Made by a program: the position numbers and the translations under genes
Sequence record: NC_028925.1
Direction: 5' to 3' (one strand)
From: Escherichia phage vB_EcoM_VR25
DNA: 64,000 nucleotides
Notes under the pieces: generated by a model
The model's database searches: none
What the model was told of the DNA's origin: nothing
What the model saw: only the letters and a program-made list of their open reading frames with translations
Shown: one piece after another, positions 1-7,300 of the stretch
How the letters are laid out: each line of letters opens with the position of its first letter
Numbering within the stretch: the first letter of the stretch is position 1

Positions 1-58
1 CTTCACAGATTAGTGCACGGATTTGGTCTTCAATTTCTTTAACAGTTTTAGTAGTCAT
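1..58 (-). CDS. hypothetical protein, 5' fragment (gene continues beyond window start)
   Basis: ATG at 56-58 (minus) preceded by AAGGA RBS; open frame runs off the left edge (MTTKTVKEIEDQIRAL...). Confidence 0.3.
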   Translation of the reverse strand, partial: MTTKTVKEIEDQIRALICE

Positions 59-66
59 TTATTTCC

Positions 67-264
67 TTAGCATTCGTAAGAGGAGGACACCCAAGAGGTA
101 CCGCTAATAGTAATGCATCCATTATAAAGCGTGATATGCCTGTCTAAGTCACGAACACCGCTAATATAGATATCAGCTTCTTCACGTTCTTCTTTACAAA
201 TCTGGATAACATTTTCAATAGCCGCTTTAGCGGTACGGATTGCACAATCTAATTCACGAGACAT
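67..264 (-). CDS. small hypothetical protein, member 1 of WVSSSxEC C-terminal tail family
   Basis: ORF track 65 aa; AAGGA RBS upstream of ATG at 264; C-terminus ...GTSWVSSSYEC. Confidence 0.5.
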   Translation of the reverse strand: MSRELDCAIRTAKAAIENVIQICKEEREEADIYISGVRDLDRHITLYNGCITISGTSWVSSSYEC

Positions 265-273
265 AATATTTCC

Positions 274-555
274 TTAACATTCAGCAGAAGAGGACACCCA
301 ACCACCTTCTGCAAGGTCTGTGGTGTAGTCATGTTGGTTAACAATAGCATATTGGGCTTCACCGTAGTTTTCCCAATGTTCAAGGTCAGCTTTCAGGGCG
401 CCAGGAGAATAATAGTCACCGCCCATACCGCGAGCAGGGTATATATTAAAATGAGTCTCATATTTGTCTGCAATTTCCTCAGCGCGACGAATAGCTTCAT
501 GGATTTCTTTTACTGCGGCCAGAAGCTCTGGTTGGTTATGGTTATCATTCATCAT
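274..555 (-). CDS. small hypothetical protein, member 2 of WVSSSxEC family
   Basis: ORF track 274..756 trimmed to internal ATG at 553-555 (MMNDNHN...) because the upstream part overlaps the next gene; C-terminus ...GGWVSSSAEC. Confidence 0.45.
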   Translation of the reverse strand: MMNDNHNQPELLAAVKEIHEAIRRAEEIADKYETHFNIYPARGMGGDYYSPGALKADLEHWENYGEAQYAIVNQHDYTTDLAEGGWVSSSAEC

Positions 556-556
556 A

Positions 557-847
557 TTAACACATCTCAGAAGAGGAGACCCAAGCACCAACGGTAACAA
601 CCCCATTTTCAACTTTTCCACCGTTGGCTTCAATATGATGGGTAAACCATTCAGAGCATTCATAACCGACTGGGTGGTATGTACGACCTGTGCCGTAATC
701 GCCGGTGCTGAATTCAATGCCATATTCATCAGCGATTTCTTCACAATGTGTTTCAATTTCAGAGGTCTTATTTAGAAGAGAATAGATAGCTTTTTCTGCA
801 GATTTCTCATCATAATACTTAGGGATAGCGATTTCAATTTTATTCAT
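557..847 (-). CDS. small hypothetical protein, member 3 of WVSSSxEC family
   Basis: ORF track 96 aa; start ATG overlaps stop of upstream gene (ATGA); C-terminus ...GAWVSSSEMC. Confidence 0.5.
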   Translation of the reverse strand: MNKIEIAIPKYYDEKSAEKAIYSLLNKTSEIETHCEEIADEYGIEFSTGDYGTGRTYHPVGYECSEWFTHHIEANGGKVENGVVTVGAWVSSSEMC

Positions 848-1197
848 GATTTACATTCCTTAATAAAGGTTTCAAGGTCATTACGTTTTGTTTTGTTCAG
901 GAACTTATTATACTCAGCCATTGCCAAAGCGTATCTCTTACGGATGGGAGCATTCAAGGCGTTTGTGTAACAGATATCATACACAACCGGGATAAAATAG
1001 GCCACAACAGCCGGAGCAATTATCATAAAGAAGCCCATCTCAATAGGCATGACTCCCTCGATTGCAGCCATAACCGTTGTCATTACCAGGCCAACCAGGC
1101 CACCGAGCATAGCGGTGGCAATCCCTAATAATAAATTGGCACCAATATCATATTCAGCCAATTGATAAACATGTGATGCAAGACTAGGCCGTTCCAT
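844..1197 (-). CDS. small membrane protein (two predicted hydrophobic helices)
   Basis: ORF track 844..1290 trimmed to ATG at 1195-1197 with AAGGAGG RBS; hydrophobic stretches LLLGIATAMLGGLVGLVMTTVMAAI and FFMIIAPAVVAYFIPVV. Confidence 0.5.
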   Translation of the reverse strand: MERPSLASHVYQLAEYDIGANLLLGIATAMLGGLVGLVMTTVMAAIEGVMPIEMGFFMIIAPAVVAYFIPVVYDICYTNALNAPIRKRYALAMAEYNKFLNKTKRNDLETFIKECKS

Positions 1198-1543
1198 TAC
1201 GAACCTCCTTGATAAATTCTTCTGCACATTTAATTTTGTGCTCTTTTTGTAGGGAAACGCATTTTTGTTCCCACTCTTTAACTCGACCACGATATCCTTT
1301 ATTCATATGATTTTGATGCCACACATTTATCAATATCATACTCAGGACTGTAATAAAAGGAGCTGCAATTATTAGTGCCCAGGCGACTCCAACACTAATG
1401 ATATTCATATCCCCACAAAGCACCATCATTATAACCCCAACGATGCACATGGACAGAGCTCCAAATGGAGGCATAAGGTCTTTATCAATCTTGTCTGCGT
1501 ACACAAATTTTTCTGGTTTACCTGGCAGATATAACGTTCGCAT
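1184..1543 (-). CDS. small membrane protein
   Basis: ORF track 1184..1567 trimmed to ATG at 1541-1543; hydrophobic segments CIVGVIMMVL and VAWALIIAAPFITVLSMILI. Confidence 0.45.
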   Translation of the reverse strand: MRTLYLPGKPEKFVYADKIDKDLMPPFGALSMCIVGVIMMVLCGDMNIISVGVAWALIIAAPFITVLSMILINVWHQNHMNKGYRGRVKEWEQKCVSLQKEHKIKCAEEFIKEVRNGTA

Positions 1544-2072
1544 TTTGAACCCCTTTAGCGTATTCACGGCATTCTTTAATAAAACGATTAAGCTTACGCT
1601 GCTGTTTACGACTTTCTAATGTATATTCGTCGGCCAAAATAGTAAGCTCATCTTTATCGTAATTTTTAATATCAGAGTAAGATGGTCTACGGTCAACCAT
1701 TCCAAATACATCGCCATTTTCTAGCGCTACATAACATACTAAATGGTAATCATCATCTGCTATATTAAGAAGCACACAATCATCGCTCTCGTTTAACGCA
1801 TACACAGAATAGCGTAATCCAGCGAATTCCACTCGTTGAATACCCAGATTTACATCAATAATTTCCAAGGCATCTGCGAAAGAAAGGTCTTCAGCTAAAG
1901 CAAAAATAAAAGGCAATTTTGTAGTATCGCCACGGCTAGTTGTTCTTCTTAAGAAATCATTGGAATAACCCAAGTCACCGCGGATTCTGTAAAGAACTGT
2001 ATTAGTTTCAGTAGCAAGGCCACTACCGCCAAACCAGTCTACATTTGATATAAGGTCAGTATATAAGCTCAT
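1518..2072 (-). CDS. hypothetical protein
   Basis: ORF track 1518..2090 trimmed to ATG at 2070-2072 with GGAGAGGAG RBS. Confidence 0.5.
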   Translation of the reverse strand: MSLYTDLISNVDWFGGSGLATETNTVLYRIRGDLGYSNDFLRRTTSRGDTTKLPFIFALAEDLSFADALEIIDVNLGIQRVEFAGLRYSVYALNESDDCVLLNIADDDYHLVCYVALENGDVFGMVDRRPSYSDIKNYDKDELTILADEYTLESRKQQRKLNRFIKECREYAKGVQNANVISAR

Positions 2073-2093
2073 AATTTTCTCCTCTCCCAATTA

Positions 2094-2116
2094 GGGGGCA
2101 AAGCCCCCTTTATCTT
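2094..2116. terminator. GC hairpin GGGGGC-aaa-GCCCCC with T-run on plus side
   Basis: perfect 6-bp inverted repeat between two minus-strand genes; U-tract is on the plus-strand side, so function on the minus transcript is uncertain. Confidence 0.3.
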
Positions 2117-2708
2117 ACTTAAGTGAATTGATGTATTCTTCAATGTCAGCGGATGTGGTATCCACACCAACCTGTGGACCTTTGAAGGTTTCAACACGCA
2201 TCAGAGTGTCTTCAATATCAATCTTAGTCAATGCAGCGATTTCAACAACATCATCTGCGGTTGCAATACCTAGGGCAGACACCTTACGGGTTTCGCGGAT
2301 GTATTCCAGTTTAACAGCTAGTTCCTGACGAGAGTCATCCAGCTCTTTAACTTTCAATTTAATTTCATTACGCATTTCAACATAATCATCTGCCTTCTTA
2401 CGAAGTTGTTTAGCAGTGCGACGATACAGGAGACCCAGTTTAGCATGGACCTGGACATCAGCACCATCAGCAATCAGTTTACGAATTTCACGCTCTTTTG
2501 AAGCGGCGAGCTGGTCTTTTTCATTCGCTAACTCGCGGATGCGTTTTTCTTCATTAACAGACTTAACGTGGGCAGTCTGGAGCTCAGTAATCTTGTCAAT
2601 CAGGGTAGAAGCCGCTTTAGTATATTGGTCTTCAATAGACAGGTTTTGTGCCATTGCAGTACCCAGTTTGGAGCGGATGAATTCAACAAGTTTCTTTAAA
2701 GTATTCAT
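2115..2708 (-). CDS. hypothetical protein, probably coiled-coil (K/E/R-rich heptad-like sequence)
   Basis: ORF track 197 aa. Confidence 0.55.
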   Translation of the reverse strand: MNTLKKLVEFIRSKLGTAMAQNLSIEDQYTKAASTLIDKITELQTAHVKSVNEEKRIRELANEKDQLAASKEREIRKLIADGADVQVHAKLGLLYRRTAKQLRKKADDYVEMRNEIKLKVKELDDSRQELAVKLEYIRETRKVSALGIATADDVVEIAALTKIDIEDTLMRVETFKGPQVGVDTTSADIEEYINSLK

Positions 2709-2784
2709 GGTATTTCCTTCAGTTGGTTAATGTTTTATTATCCAGGGAACATACTATCATGTTCCCGTTAAAGCGTACACTGAT

Positions 2785-3090
2785 TTAGATTTTATTTTCC
2801 TGCACACCATAGTAAAGTTCATCAGACACGATATTCAGGATGCGGCGAACATATTCATCATGGTAACGACATTCAAAATCAAATTCAACTGTAGTTTCTG
2901 CTTCACGAGTAAACTTAACAACCACATTCAGGTGGTTAACAACTTTAGTAAAGCTGTCAGTAAAGAATTCTTTTGCTACTGCTTGTTGTACTTGTACTTT
3001 GAACTTAGTGTTGCGAATCATGTTTTCAGCTGATGCGAAATTACCAGTTTTATCAAAGTCAACAAGCGCCAGGTTGATGATGAATTTCAT
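2785..3090 (-). CDS. hypothetical protein
   Basis: ORF track 101 aa; conserved leader ...ATACTGAGTTACCAAATAAAACTGGAGAATAAA-ATG directly upstream. Confidence 0.55.
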   Translation of the reverse strand: MKFIINLALVDFDKTGNFASAENMIRNTKFKVQVQQAVAKEFFTDSFTKVVNHLNVVVKFTREAETTVEFDFECRYHDEYVRRILNIVSDELYYGVQENKI

Positions 3091-3107
3091 TTTATTCTCC
3101 AGTTTTA

Positions 3108-3158
3108 TTTGGTAACTCAGTATGGAATCATTATGCCTTAAAGCAGGGGGCTTGTATA
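3108..3158 (-). promoter_or_regulatory. early promoter-like -10 (CATAAT) plus conserved leader cassette
   Basis: 24-mer TAACTCAGTATGGAATCATTATGC (plus-strand spelling) repeated at 3113, 3641, 4529; sits immediately upstream of the gene start at 3090. Confidence 0.45.
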
Positions 3159-3168
3159 CCCCCTTTTT
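3146..3168. terminator. GC hairpin GGGGG-cttgtata-CCCCC followed by TTTTT (plus side)
   Basis: inverted repeat read directly; lies between gene end 3172 and the promoter cassette. Confidence 0.35.
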
Positions 3169-3171
3169 GAA

Positions 3172-3615
3172 TTAAATTTCAAATTCTTTGCGGAAGTTGG
3201 AAGCATAAGATTGAACAGATGCTTTGTTGAATCCAAACTCACGCACAATCATATCAATAACAGCTCTGCGAGCAGCACCATTAGACATATTAACAGTTTT
3301 GAACATATCATAGCATAAATCTTTGTTGCTCATACCGGAGCGTTTAGGTGCCTTACGCTCAGCTTTTGGTTCAGCTTTAGGAGTAGGTTTAACTTCTGGT
3401 TTAACCTGCCCATCATTCAGACCTTTAAAAATTTTACCTGCCAGAGTTGCCAGTTTAGCAGCTTCACCACGAGTGATACCAAATACTGCCGGGTTAAATG
3501 AAATACCTTCAGCTGTCAGACGTTTGAAGAACATACGCGCTGCGGATTGCGCTTCAGCTTCAGAAGAGTTGTTTAATGCCAGTTTAACGTACTTAACCAG
3601 TTTTGAAGTTTTCAT
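3172..3615 (-). CDS. hypothetical protein; lysine/proline-rich linker; C-terminal domain shared with 4068..4493
   Basis: ORF track 147 aa; C-terminus ...AARRAVIDMIVREFGFNKASVQSYASNFRK. Confidence 0.55.
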   Translation of the reverse strand: MKTSKLVKYVKLALNNSSEAEAQSAARMFFKRLTAEGISFNPAVFGITRGEAAKLATLAGKIFKGLNDGQVKPEVKPTPKAEPKAERKAPKRSGMSNKDLCYDMFKTVNMSNGAARRAVIDMIVREFGFNKASVQSYASNFRKEFEI

Positions 3616-3635
3616 TTTATTATCCCGTTTGTTTA

Positions 3636-3686
3636 TTTGGTAACTCAGTATGGAATCATTATGCCTTAGTTAAATTCCAAAGTACA
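3636..3686 (-). promoter_or_regulatory. early promoter (-35 TGTACT, 17 bp, -10 CATAAT) plus conserved leader
   Basis: minus-strand reading; same leader repeat as 3108 and 4525. Confidence 0.45.
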
Positions 3687-3688
3687 CA

Positions 3689-3985
3689 TTAATTTTCAGA
3701 AGTTGGGAAATAAACTTCAAAGTCATACATGTTTACTACTGCAGATGCAATTGCTTGATACTGCATACCCAAGAAAGTTTTCTTGTTCTTGCGCCATAAG
3801 TTAACCATTTCTGTTTTGATGCATGCCAGAGAATAGTTGGATGCAGGATACTGTTTGATGATTGCAACAACTTCTTCAGAAGCAGTTTCGCACAATTCAT
3901 TCAGTTGAGCTTCAATTTTAGCAGAAATGATTGCTTTGTTTTCTTCTTGAGCTTGTGTAGCGTGCCATGCAGGTGCGTTAAACAT
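3689..3985 (-). CDS. hypothetical protein
   Basis: ORF track 98 aa; GGAG RBS; conserved leader upstream. Confidence 0.55.
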   Translation of the reverse strand: MFNAPAWHATQAQEENKAIISAKIEAQLNELCETASEEVVAIIKQYPASNYSLACIKTEMVNLWRKNKKTFLGMQYQAIASAVVNMYDFEVYFPTSEN

Positions 3986-4004
3986 TTTATTCTCCAGTGT
4001 TTTA

Positions 4005-4056
4005 TTTGGTAACTCAGTATGGGATAATTATACACTATCCCACCTGGAAGTAAAAC
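4005..4056 (-). promoter_or_regulatory. early promoter (-35 TTTTAC, 17 bp, -10 TATAAT) with -10 inside GGGATA/TATCCC inverted repeat, plus conserved leader
   Basis: minus-strand reading of 4021-4055; 23-mer TGGGATAATTATACACTATCCCA is an exact repeat of 6394-6416. Confidence 0.5.
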
Positions 4057-4067
4057 ACTTTTCTCAA

Positions 4068-4493
4068 TTATTTTTGAGCTTTGCGGAAGTTGGAAGCATA
4101 AGACTGAACAACAGTCTTTTTGATATCATGGGTGGTAACCAGAACATCAATCAGAGCGCGGCGTGCTGCATTATCATTCATATCAATTTCTGCAAATGCC
4201 TGGAAGCAAATGTCACGGGCGTTACCAGATTTGGACTGGATTTTTTCTTCTTTAACTTCTTCAATTGGGAATTCAATCATTTCAGCTTGGATTAATTCAA
4301 TGATGGATTCTTTTGACTGTTTGGTGTTTACCTTCAGTTCAGAATTAAGGGACTTAGCGATGGCAACAATCTGGGTTGAAGTCAGATGGATAAGTGCATC
4401 TTCACGAATACAGATTTCACATACTTCGTCGGCAACCATTTTGTTAGTGATGCGGGTAACAGAGAATGCAGAGGTCAGGGTCAGAAAGTTCAT
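4068..4493 (-). CDS. hypothetical protein; C-terminal domain paralogous to 3172..3615
   Basis: ORF track 4068..4574 trimmed to ATG at 4491-4493 (GGAG RBS) because a promoter/leader cassette occupies 4525-4573; C-terminus ...AARRALIDVLV...VQSYASNFRK. Confidence 0.5.
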   Translation of the reverse strand: MNFLTLTSAFSVTRITNKMVADEVCEICIREDALIHLTSTQIVAIAKSLNSELKVNTKQSKESIIELIQAEMIEFPIEEVKEEKIQSKSGNARDICFQAFAEIDMNDNAARRALIDVLVTTHDIKKTVVQSYASNFRKAQK

Positions 4494-4524
4494 TTTATTT
4501 CTCCAAAGTTTTGTTTGATTCAGT

Positions 4525-4573
4525 GTGTAACTCAGTATGGAATCATTATGCACCCGGTCAATTCGGATGTACA
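4525..4573 (-). promoter_or_regulatory. early promoter (-35 TGTACA, 17 bp, -10 CATAAT) plus leader
   Basis: minus-strand reading; shares the 24-mer repeat. Confidence 0.45.
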
Positions 4574-4611
4574 CTACTTTTTGAAGAAAATTTCAAATTT
4601 ATTCGGGGTAT

Positions 4612-4640
4612 AAAAAAGCCCCAACCTTTCGGAAGGGGCT
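4612..4640 (-). terminator. rho-independent terminator closing the tRNA cluster transcript
   Basis: hairpin AGCCCC-N12-GGGGCT followed on the minus strand by a U6 run (plus-strand A6 at 4612-4617). Confidence 0.5.
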
Positions 4641-4689
4641 AAGCCTTGCGGCAACCTTGTCGGGGTTCCACCTGCTAGGCAAGTGTTTG

Positions 4690-4783
4690 TACGAAACGCC
4701 GGGATTTGAACCCGGTTATCAAGTAGTTGACGCTACTCAATATTTTTAAAAGGCCATATCTCGACCATATCCGAACGTTCCGT
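4690..4783 (-). ncRNA. tRNA-like element (acceptor-like ends with G-U pair, T-arm CCGGG-TTCAAAT-CCCGG); type unresolved
   Basis: T-arm and acceptor complementarity read by eye; D and anticodon arms could not be folded canonically, so this may be a type II tRNA or a stable RNA like T4 species 1/2. Confidence 0.25.
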
Positions 4784-4957
4784 CAAAAACGCCACTCGGC
4801 TTACGGCAAAGATATTTCCTCGAATCGTTAATTAGGTGCGCCGTTTCAGCTGTGAAATAAGGGACTTTAAGAGGTCAACTCATGTACGCCTTAAAATCGG
4901 GTCTTATTCAGGGAACTTCAGTCCGACGACTTACCGGTAGCGACCCGGCTTCTTGTT

Positions 4958-5033
4958 TGGTCGAGACAGTAGGGATCGAACCTACGACCTAGGACTTAGA
5001 AGGTCCTTGCTCTTCCTTCTGAGCTATGCCTCG
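4958..5033 (-). tRNA. tRNA-Arg (anticodon UCU)
   Basis: full cloverleaf folded by hand: acceptor CGAGGCA/TGTCTCG, D arm GCTC-AGAAGGAA-GAGC, anticodon arm AGGAC-CTTCTAA-GTCCT, T arm GTAGG-TTCGATC-CCTAC, encoded CCA. Confidence 0.7.
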
Positions 5034-5034
5034 T

Positions 5035-5167
5035 GTTTGTTCATAGCGGGGTGGACTCGAACCACCAATATTAAGTCACTCATGCTCCAAGCATGCTAGG
5101 GCACTTACCCCGGACGGAATCGAACCGCATCTACAATACCTATCGCCATGATAATTTAAAATAAGTT
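5035..5167 (-). ncRNA. tRNA-like / stable-RNA candidate region carrying two T-arm-like motifs
   Basis: plus-strand spellings GGTGGACTCGAACCACC (5050-5066) and GGAATCGAACC (5117-5127) are reverse complements of GGTTCGANTCC T-loops; no canonical cloverleaf found by hand. Confidence 0.25.
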
Positions 5168-5241
5168 TGGTGGCCCTGGGTGGAATCGAACCACCATCCA
5201 GCGATTATGAGTCGCTCGCTTGACCGTCCAGCTACAGGGCC
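5168..5241 (-). tRNA. tRNA with anticodon CAU (Met, or Ile if C34 is modified)
   Basis: cloverleaf folded by hand: acceptor GGCCCTG/CAGGGCC, anticodon arm AGCGA-CTCATAA-TCGCT, T arm GGTGG-TTCGATT-CCACC, encoded CCA. Confidence 0.7.
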
Positions 5242-5301
5242 TTAATTCTATTATGAAAGGCTCTTTGAGGGAAGAACCTTTGGTAATAGAGGGTACTTAT
5301 T

Positions 5302-5327
5302 AATAATAACGCGTTTTTATTAAAGCA
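5302..5327 (-). promoter_or_regulatory. middle-promoter-like element (MotA-box-like TGCTTTA, about 11 bp, TATTAT) upstream of the tRNA cluster
   Basis: minus-strand reading; overlaps the stop codon of 5320..5799. Confidence 0.3.
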
Positions 5328-5799
5328 TATCAAGTGCTTTAACGTTCGGAATTTGGATTTCTTCTTCGATGATGTATAATTTTACCCACGAAACTACGCG
5401 CATAAAATCGCTATCATATTCCACTGGCTCGCCCAGTAATTCCTGGAGAGAATATAATAATTCAAATTCCTGGTCATTGTCACCTTCAACCAGGTTTTCC
5501 AGATTTTCAATACAAAGTGTTTTGTTAATGAATTCAGAAGTTAATTGACCAGATTTTACACCAGATTCAATGTGTGCGATAACCAAGTCTTTAACTACGT
5601 CCCATTCCGAATTGCCACATTTATCTGGATAGTTACAATGAGAACCTTGAAAAAGTTCCAGGATATATTTGTACTGCTGGATTTCTTGTTCTTCTACACC
5701 AAATATTGTCTGGGTTTTATAGTTGTCACCATCATTTTCCCAGGTTTCAATTTCAATCACATAACCTTTAGGGATGGTCTGACCAAATTTAATATTCAT
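5320..5799 (-). CDS. hypothetical protein (acidic)
   Basis: ORF track 5320..5805 trimmed to ATG at 5797-5799 with GAAGG RBS. Confidence 0.5.
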   Translation of the reverse strand: MNIKFGQTIPKGYVIEIETWENDGDNYKTQTIFGVEEQEIQQYKYILELFQGSHCNYPDKCGNSEWDVVKDLVIAHIESGVKSGQLTSEFINKTLCIENLENLVEGDNDQEFELLYSLQELLGEPVEYDSDFMRVVSWVKLYIIEEEIQIPNVKALDML

Positions 5800-5801
5800 A
5801 A

Positions 5802-6185
5802 TCAACCTTCATCAACAATAGTATGGGTATTGGCATTAACAATCTGCCACCAGTCAAAACGGTTAGAACCATAACATGGTTTATTCTCGTTTTCTTTAAT
5901 GATATCACGCAGTTCATCTTCAGTCGCAGCTTTTGCGATTAGGTCTGCATAACCGCCACGGGGATAATAGCTATCGCCAGCAAACAGTAAAAAGTTTGTT
6001 TTGATATTCTTGAATTCTTCAAGAGTAATAACCGTTCCAGATGGTTGTTGAACAATATCTACGTAACTATACCCCAATTGCTGGGCTTTATCTACCGCTT
6101 CAAGCAGGGTGTCATGTGCCCACCCAATTTGACATTCTGGTTTGTCAGATGGGTTTGCCTGATAATCCGCATACACTTTATACAT
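5802..6185 (-). CDS. hypothetical protein
   Basis: ORF track 5802..6233 trimmed to ATG at 6183-6185 with AAGGTGAG RBS. Confidence 0.45.
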   Translation of the reverse strand: MYKVYADYQANPSDKPECQIGWAHDTLLEAVDKAQQLGYSYVDIVQQPSGTVITLEEFKNIKTNFLLFAGDSYYPRGGYADLIAKAATEDELRDIIKENENKPCYGSNRFDWWQIVNANTHTIVDEG

Positions 6186-6186
6186 T

Positions 6187-6372
6187 TTACTCACCTTTAG
6201 ACATTTTATCCATAACGAAAGAGATTGAACCAATTAAGAATGCAACTACTAAAGAGATTATATTCTCAGAAGTTGAAAGCATATTCAACATAAAGCCAGC
6301 AAACATGCTAAAACCAAAAGCGGTAACAGCAACAAGGGCAGTAACATTTCTAATTAATTCACAACGTTTCAT
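6187..6372 (-). CDS. small hydrophobic (membrane) protein
   Basis: ORF track 61 aa; GAGGAG RBS; hydrophobic core VTALVAVTAFGFSMFAGFML. Confidence 0.4.
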   Translation of the reverse strand: MKRCELIRNVTALVAVTAFGFSMFAGFMLNMLSTSENIISLVVAFLIGSISFVMDKMSKGE

Positions 6373-6384
6373 TTTATTCTCCTC

Positions 6385-6430
6385 ATTAGTTGATGGGATA
6401 ATTATACACTATCCCATATCTAAAAGTACA
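6385..6430 (-). promoter_or_regulatory. early promoter with -10 TATAAT inside GGGATA/TATCCC inverted repeat
   Basis: minus-strand reading; exact 23-mer shared with 4020-4042. Confidence 0.45.
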
Positions 6431-6431
6431 C

Positions 6432-6665
6432 TTATTTTTTACGGAAAATTGATTTATACTTGTTAGCCCATTTCTCGATAACTTCTGCCGGACCCTGGAT
6501 AACAAAATAGTCCCCAAACTCTTCACCGCCGAGCTGACCGTAATTATCTAAGGCGTCGCGGAGAGTTCCATAAGGCATTTCGCCCATTTTATCTTTCTTG
6601 CCGGTGTAAATGAATTGCACTTTAACATCAGCAGTTTCATTAATAAATTCTTGATAAGTTTTCAT
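6432..6665 (-). CDS. internal-protein-like small protein with N-terminal capsid-targeting sequence (MKTYQEFINE)
   Basis: ORF track 77 aa; N-terminus nearly matches the T4 IPI/IPII/IPIII targeting peptide MKTYQEFIAE as I recall it; sits at the position of the T4 ipI locus (between tRNAs and 57B). Confidence 0.6.
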   Translation of the reverse strand: MKTYQEFINETADVKVQFIYTGKKDKMGEMPYGTLRDALDNYGQLGGEEFGDYFVIQGPAEVIEKWANKYKSIFRKK

Positions 6666-6674
6666 GTTGTCTCC

Positions 6675-6719
6675 AGTAGTTGATGGGATAATTATACTGC
6701 ATTTATCCCATCGTGTACA
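6675..6719 (-). promoter_or_regulatory. early promoter (-35 TGTACA, 17 bp, -10 TATAAT) with -10 flanked by GGGATA/TATCCC
   Basis: minus-strand reading of 6683-6719. Confidence 0.45.
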
Positions 6720-7019
6720 TTACATTTTTGAACCGCGAATTACACCATAAGCGGCGAAGTCGTCAGTGATATTTTTAGGGGTGTTCTTACCAGTTTCAAT
6801 ATATGCAATGCTGGATTTCTGACTAAATGAGGTAATTTTATTATAGTTAGAGTCAAGGAAGGTATAACCATTTTTACGCAGCTGGTCAAAGTCTTCAGCG
6901 TCGCCTTTACCTTTGAAGTCAACCCATTTGTATGTGTTTTTCTTCTGAAGGCCCAGAGGCCAAGTTTTTGCTTCTGCCAGGTAATTATTTTCTACCAAAA
7001 ATTCGTGGAACGTTTGCAT
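6720..7019 (-). CDS. internal-protein-like small protein with targeting-like N-terminus (MQTFHEFLVE)
   Basis: ORF track 99 aa. Confidence 0.55.
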   Translation of the reverse strand: MQTFHEFLVENNYLAEAKTWPLGLQKKNTYKWVDFKGKGDAEDFDQLRKNGYTFLDSNYNKITSFSQKSSIAYIETGKNTPKNITDDFAAYGVIRGSKM

Positions 7020-7027
7020 TTGAAATC

Positions 7028-7300
7028 CTATTTTAGATAAATTGCGTATTTTTTATAACCAGCTGTCTCATGGCGGAGACCCTTGTCATTGGCAAAACGC
7101 TCAATGTTGTTGATTTGGTTCTGGTCAAGTTCAGAGATGTCAAACGCGAAAAAGTTGCGTTTGTTACCAATTGTTATATGGTCAGTCAAGTCAATGCTGT
7201 ACAGGTGATTGATATTGTCAATCATAGCTTTGACTGCTTTACTAATTTTTACTTCTTCATTCAGTTGGGACTCGTTGAAAAGTTCATTAAAAGTTTTCAT
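7028..7300 (-). CDS. internal-protein-like small protein with targeting-like N-terminus (MKTFNELFNE)
   Basis: ORF track 90 aa; late-promoter octamer TATAAATA 13 nt upstream of the ATG. Confidence 0.55.
   Translation of the reverse strand: MKTFNELFNESQLNEEVKISKAVKAMIDNINHLYSIDLTDHITIGNKRNFFAFDISELDQNQINNIERFANDKGLRHETAGYKKYAIYLK

Noticed and set aside
274-756. 160-aa version of the ORF in the track
   Set aside because: Its N-terminal 67 codons overlap the upstream gene 557..847 in another frame; the internal ATG at 553-555 sits right after that gene's stop, so only 274..555 is called.
3139-3146. TGCTTTA (minus strand) as a MotA box for the promoter at 3130
   Set aside because: It lies only about 4 nt from the -10 instead of the expected 11-13 bp, so it is probably coincidental with the hairpin flank.
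5041-5130. Calling two additional canonical tRNAs from the T-loop motifs at 5050-5066 and 5113-5128
   Set aside because: Acceptor stems and anticodon arms could not be paired by hand (the 5' and 3' ends are not complementary); reported only as a low-confidence tRNA-like/stable-RNA candidate.
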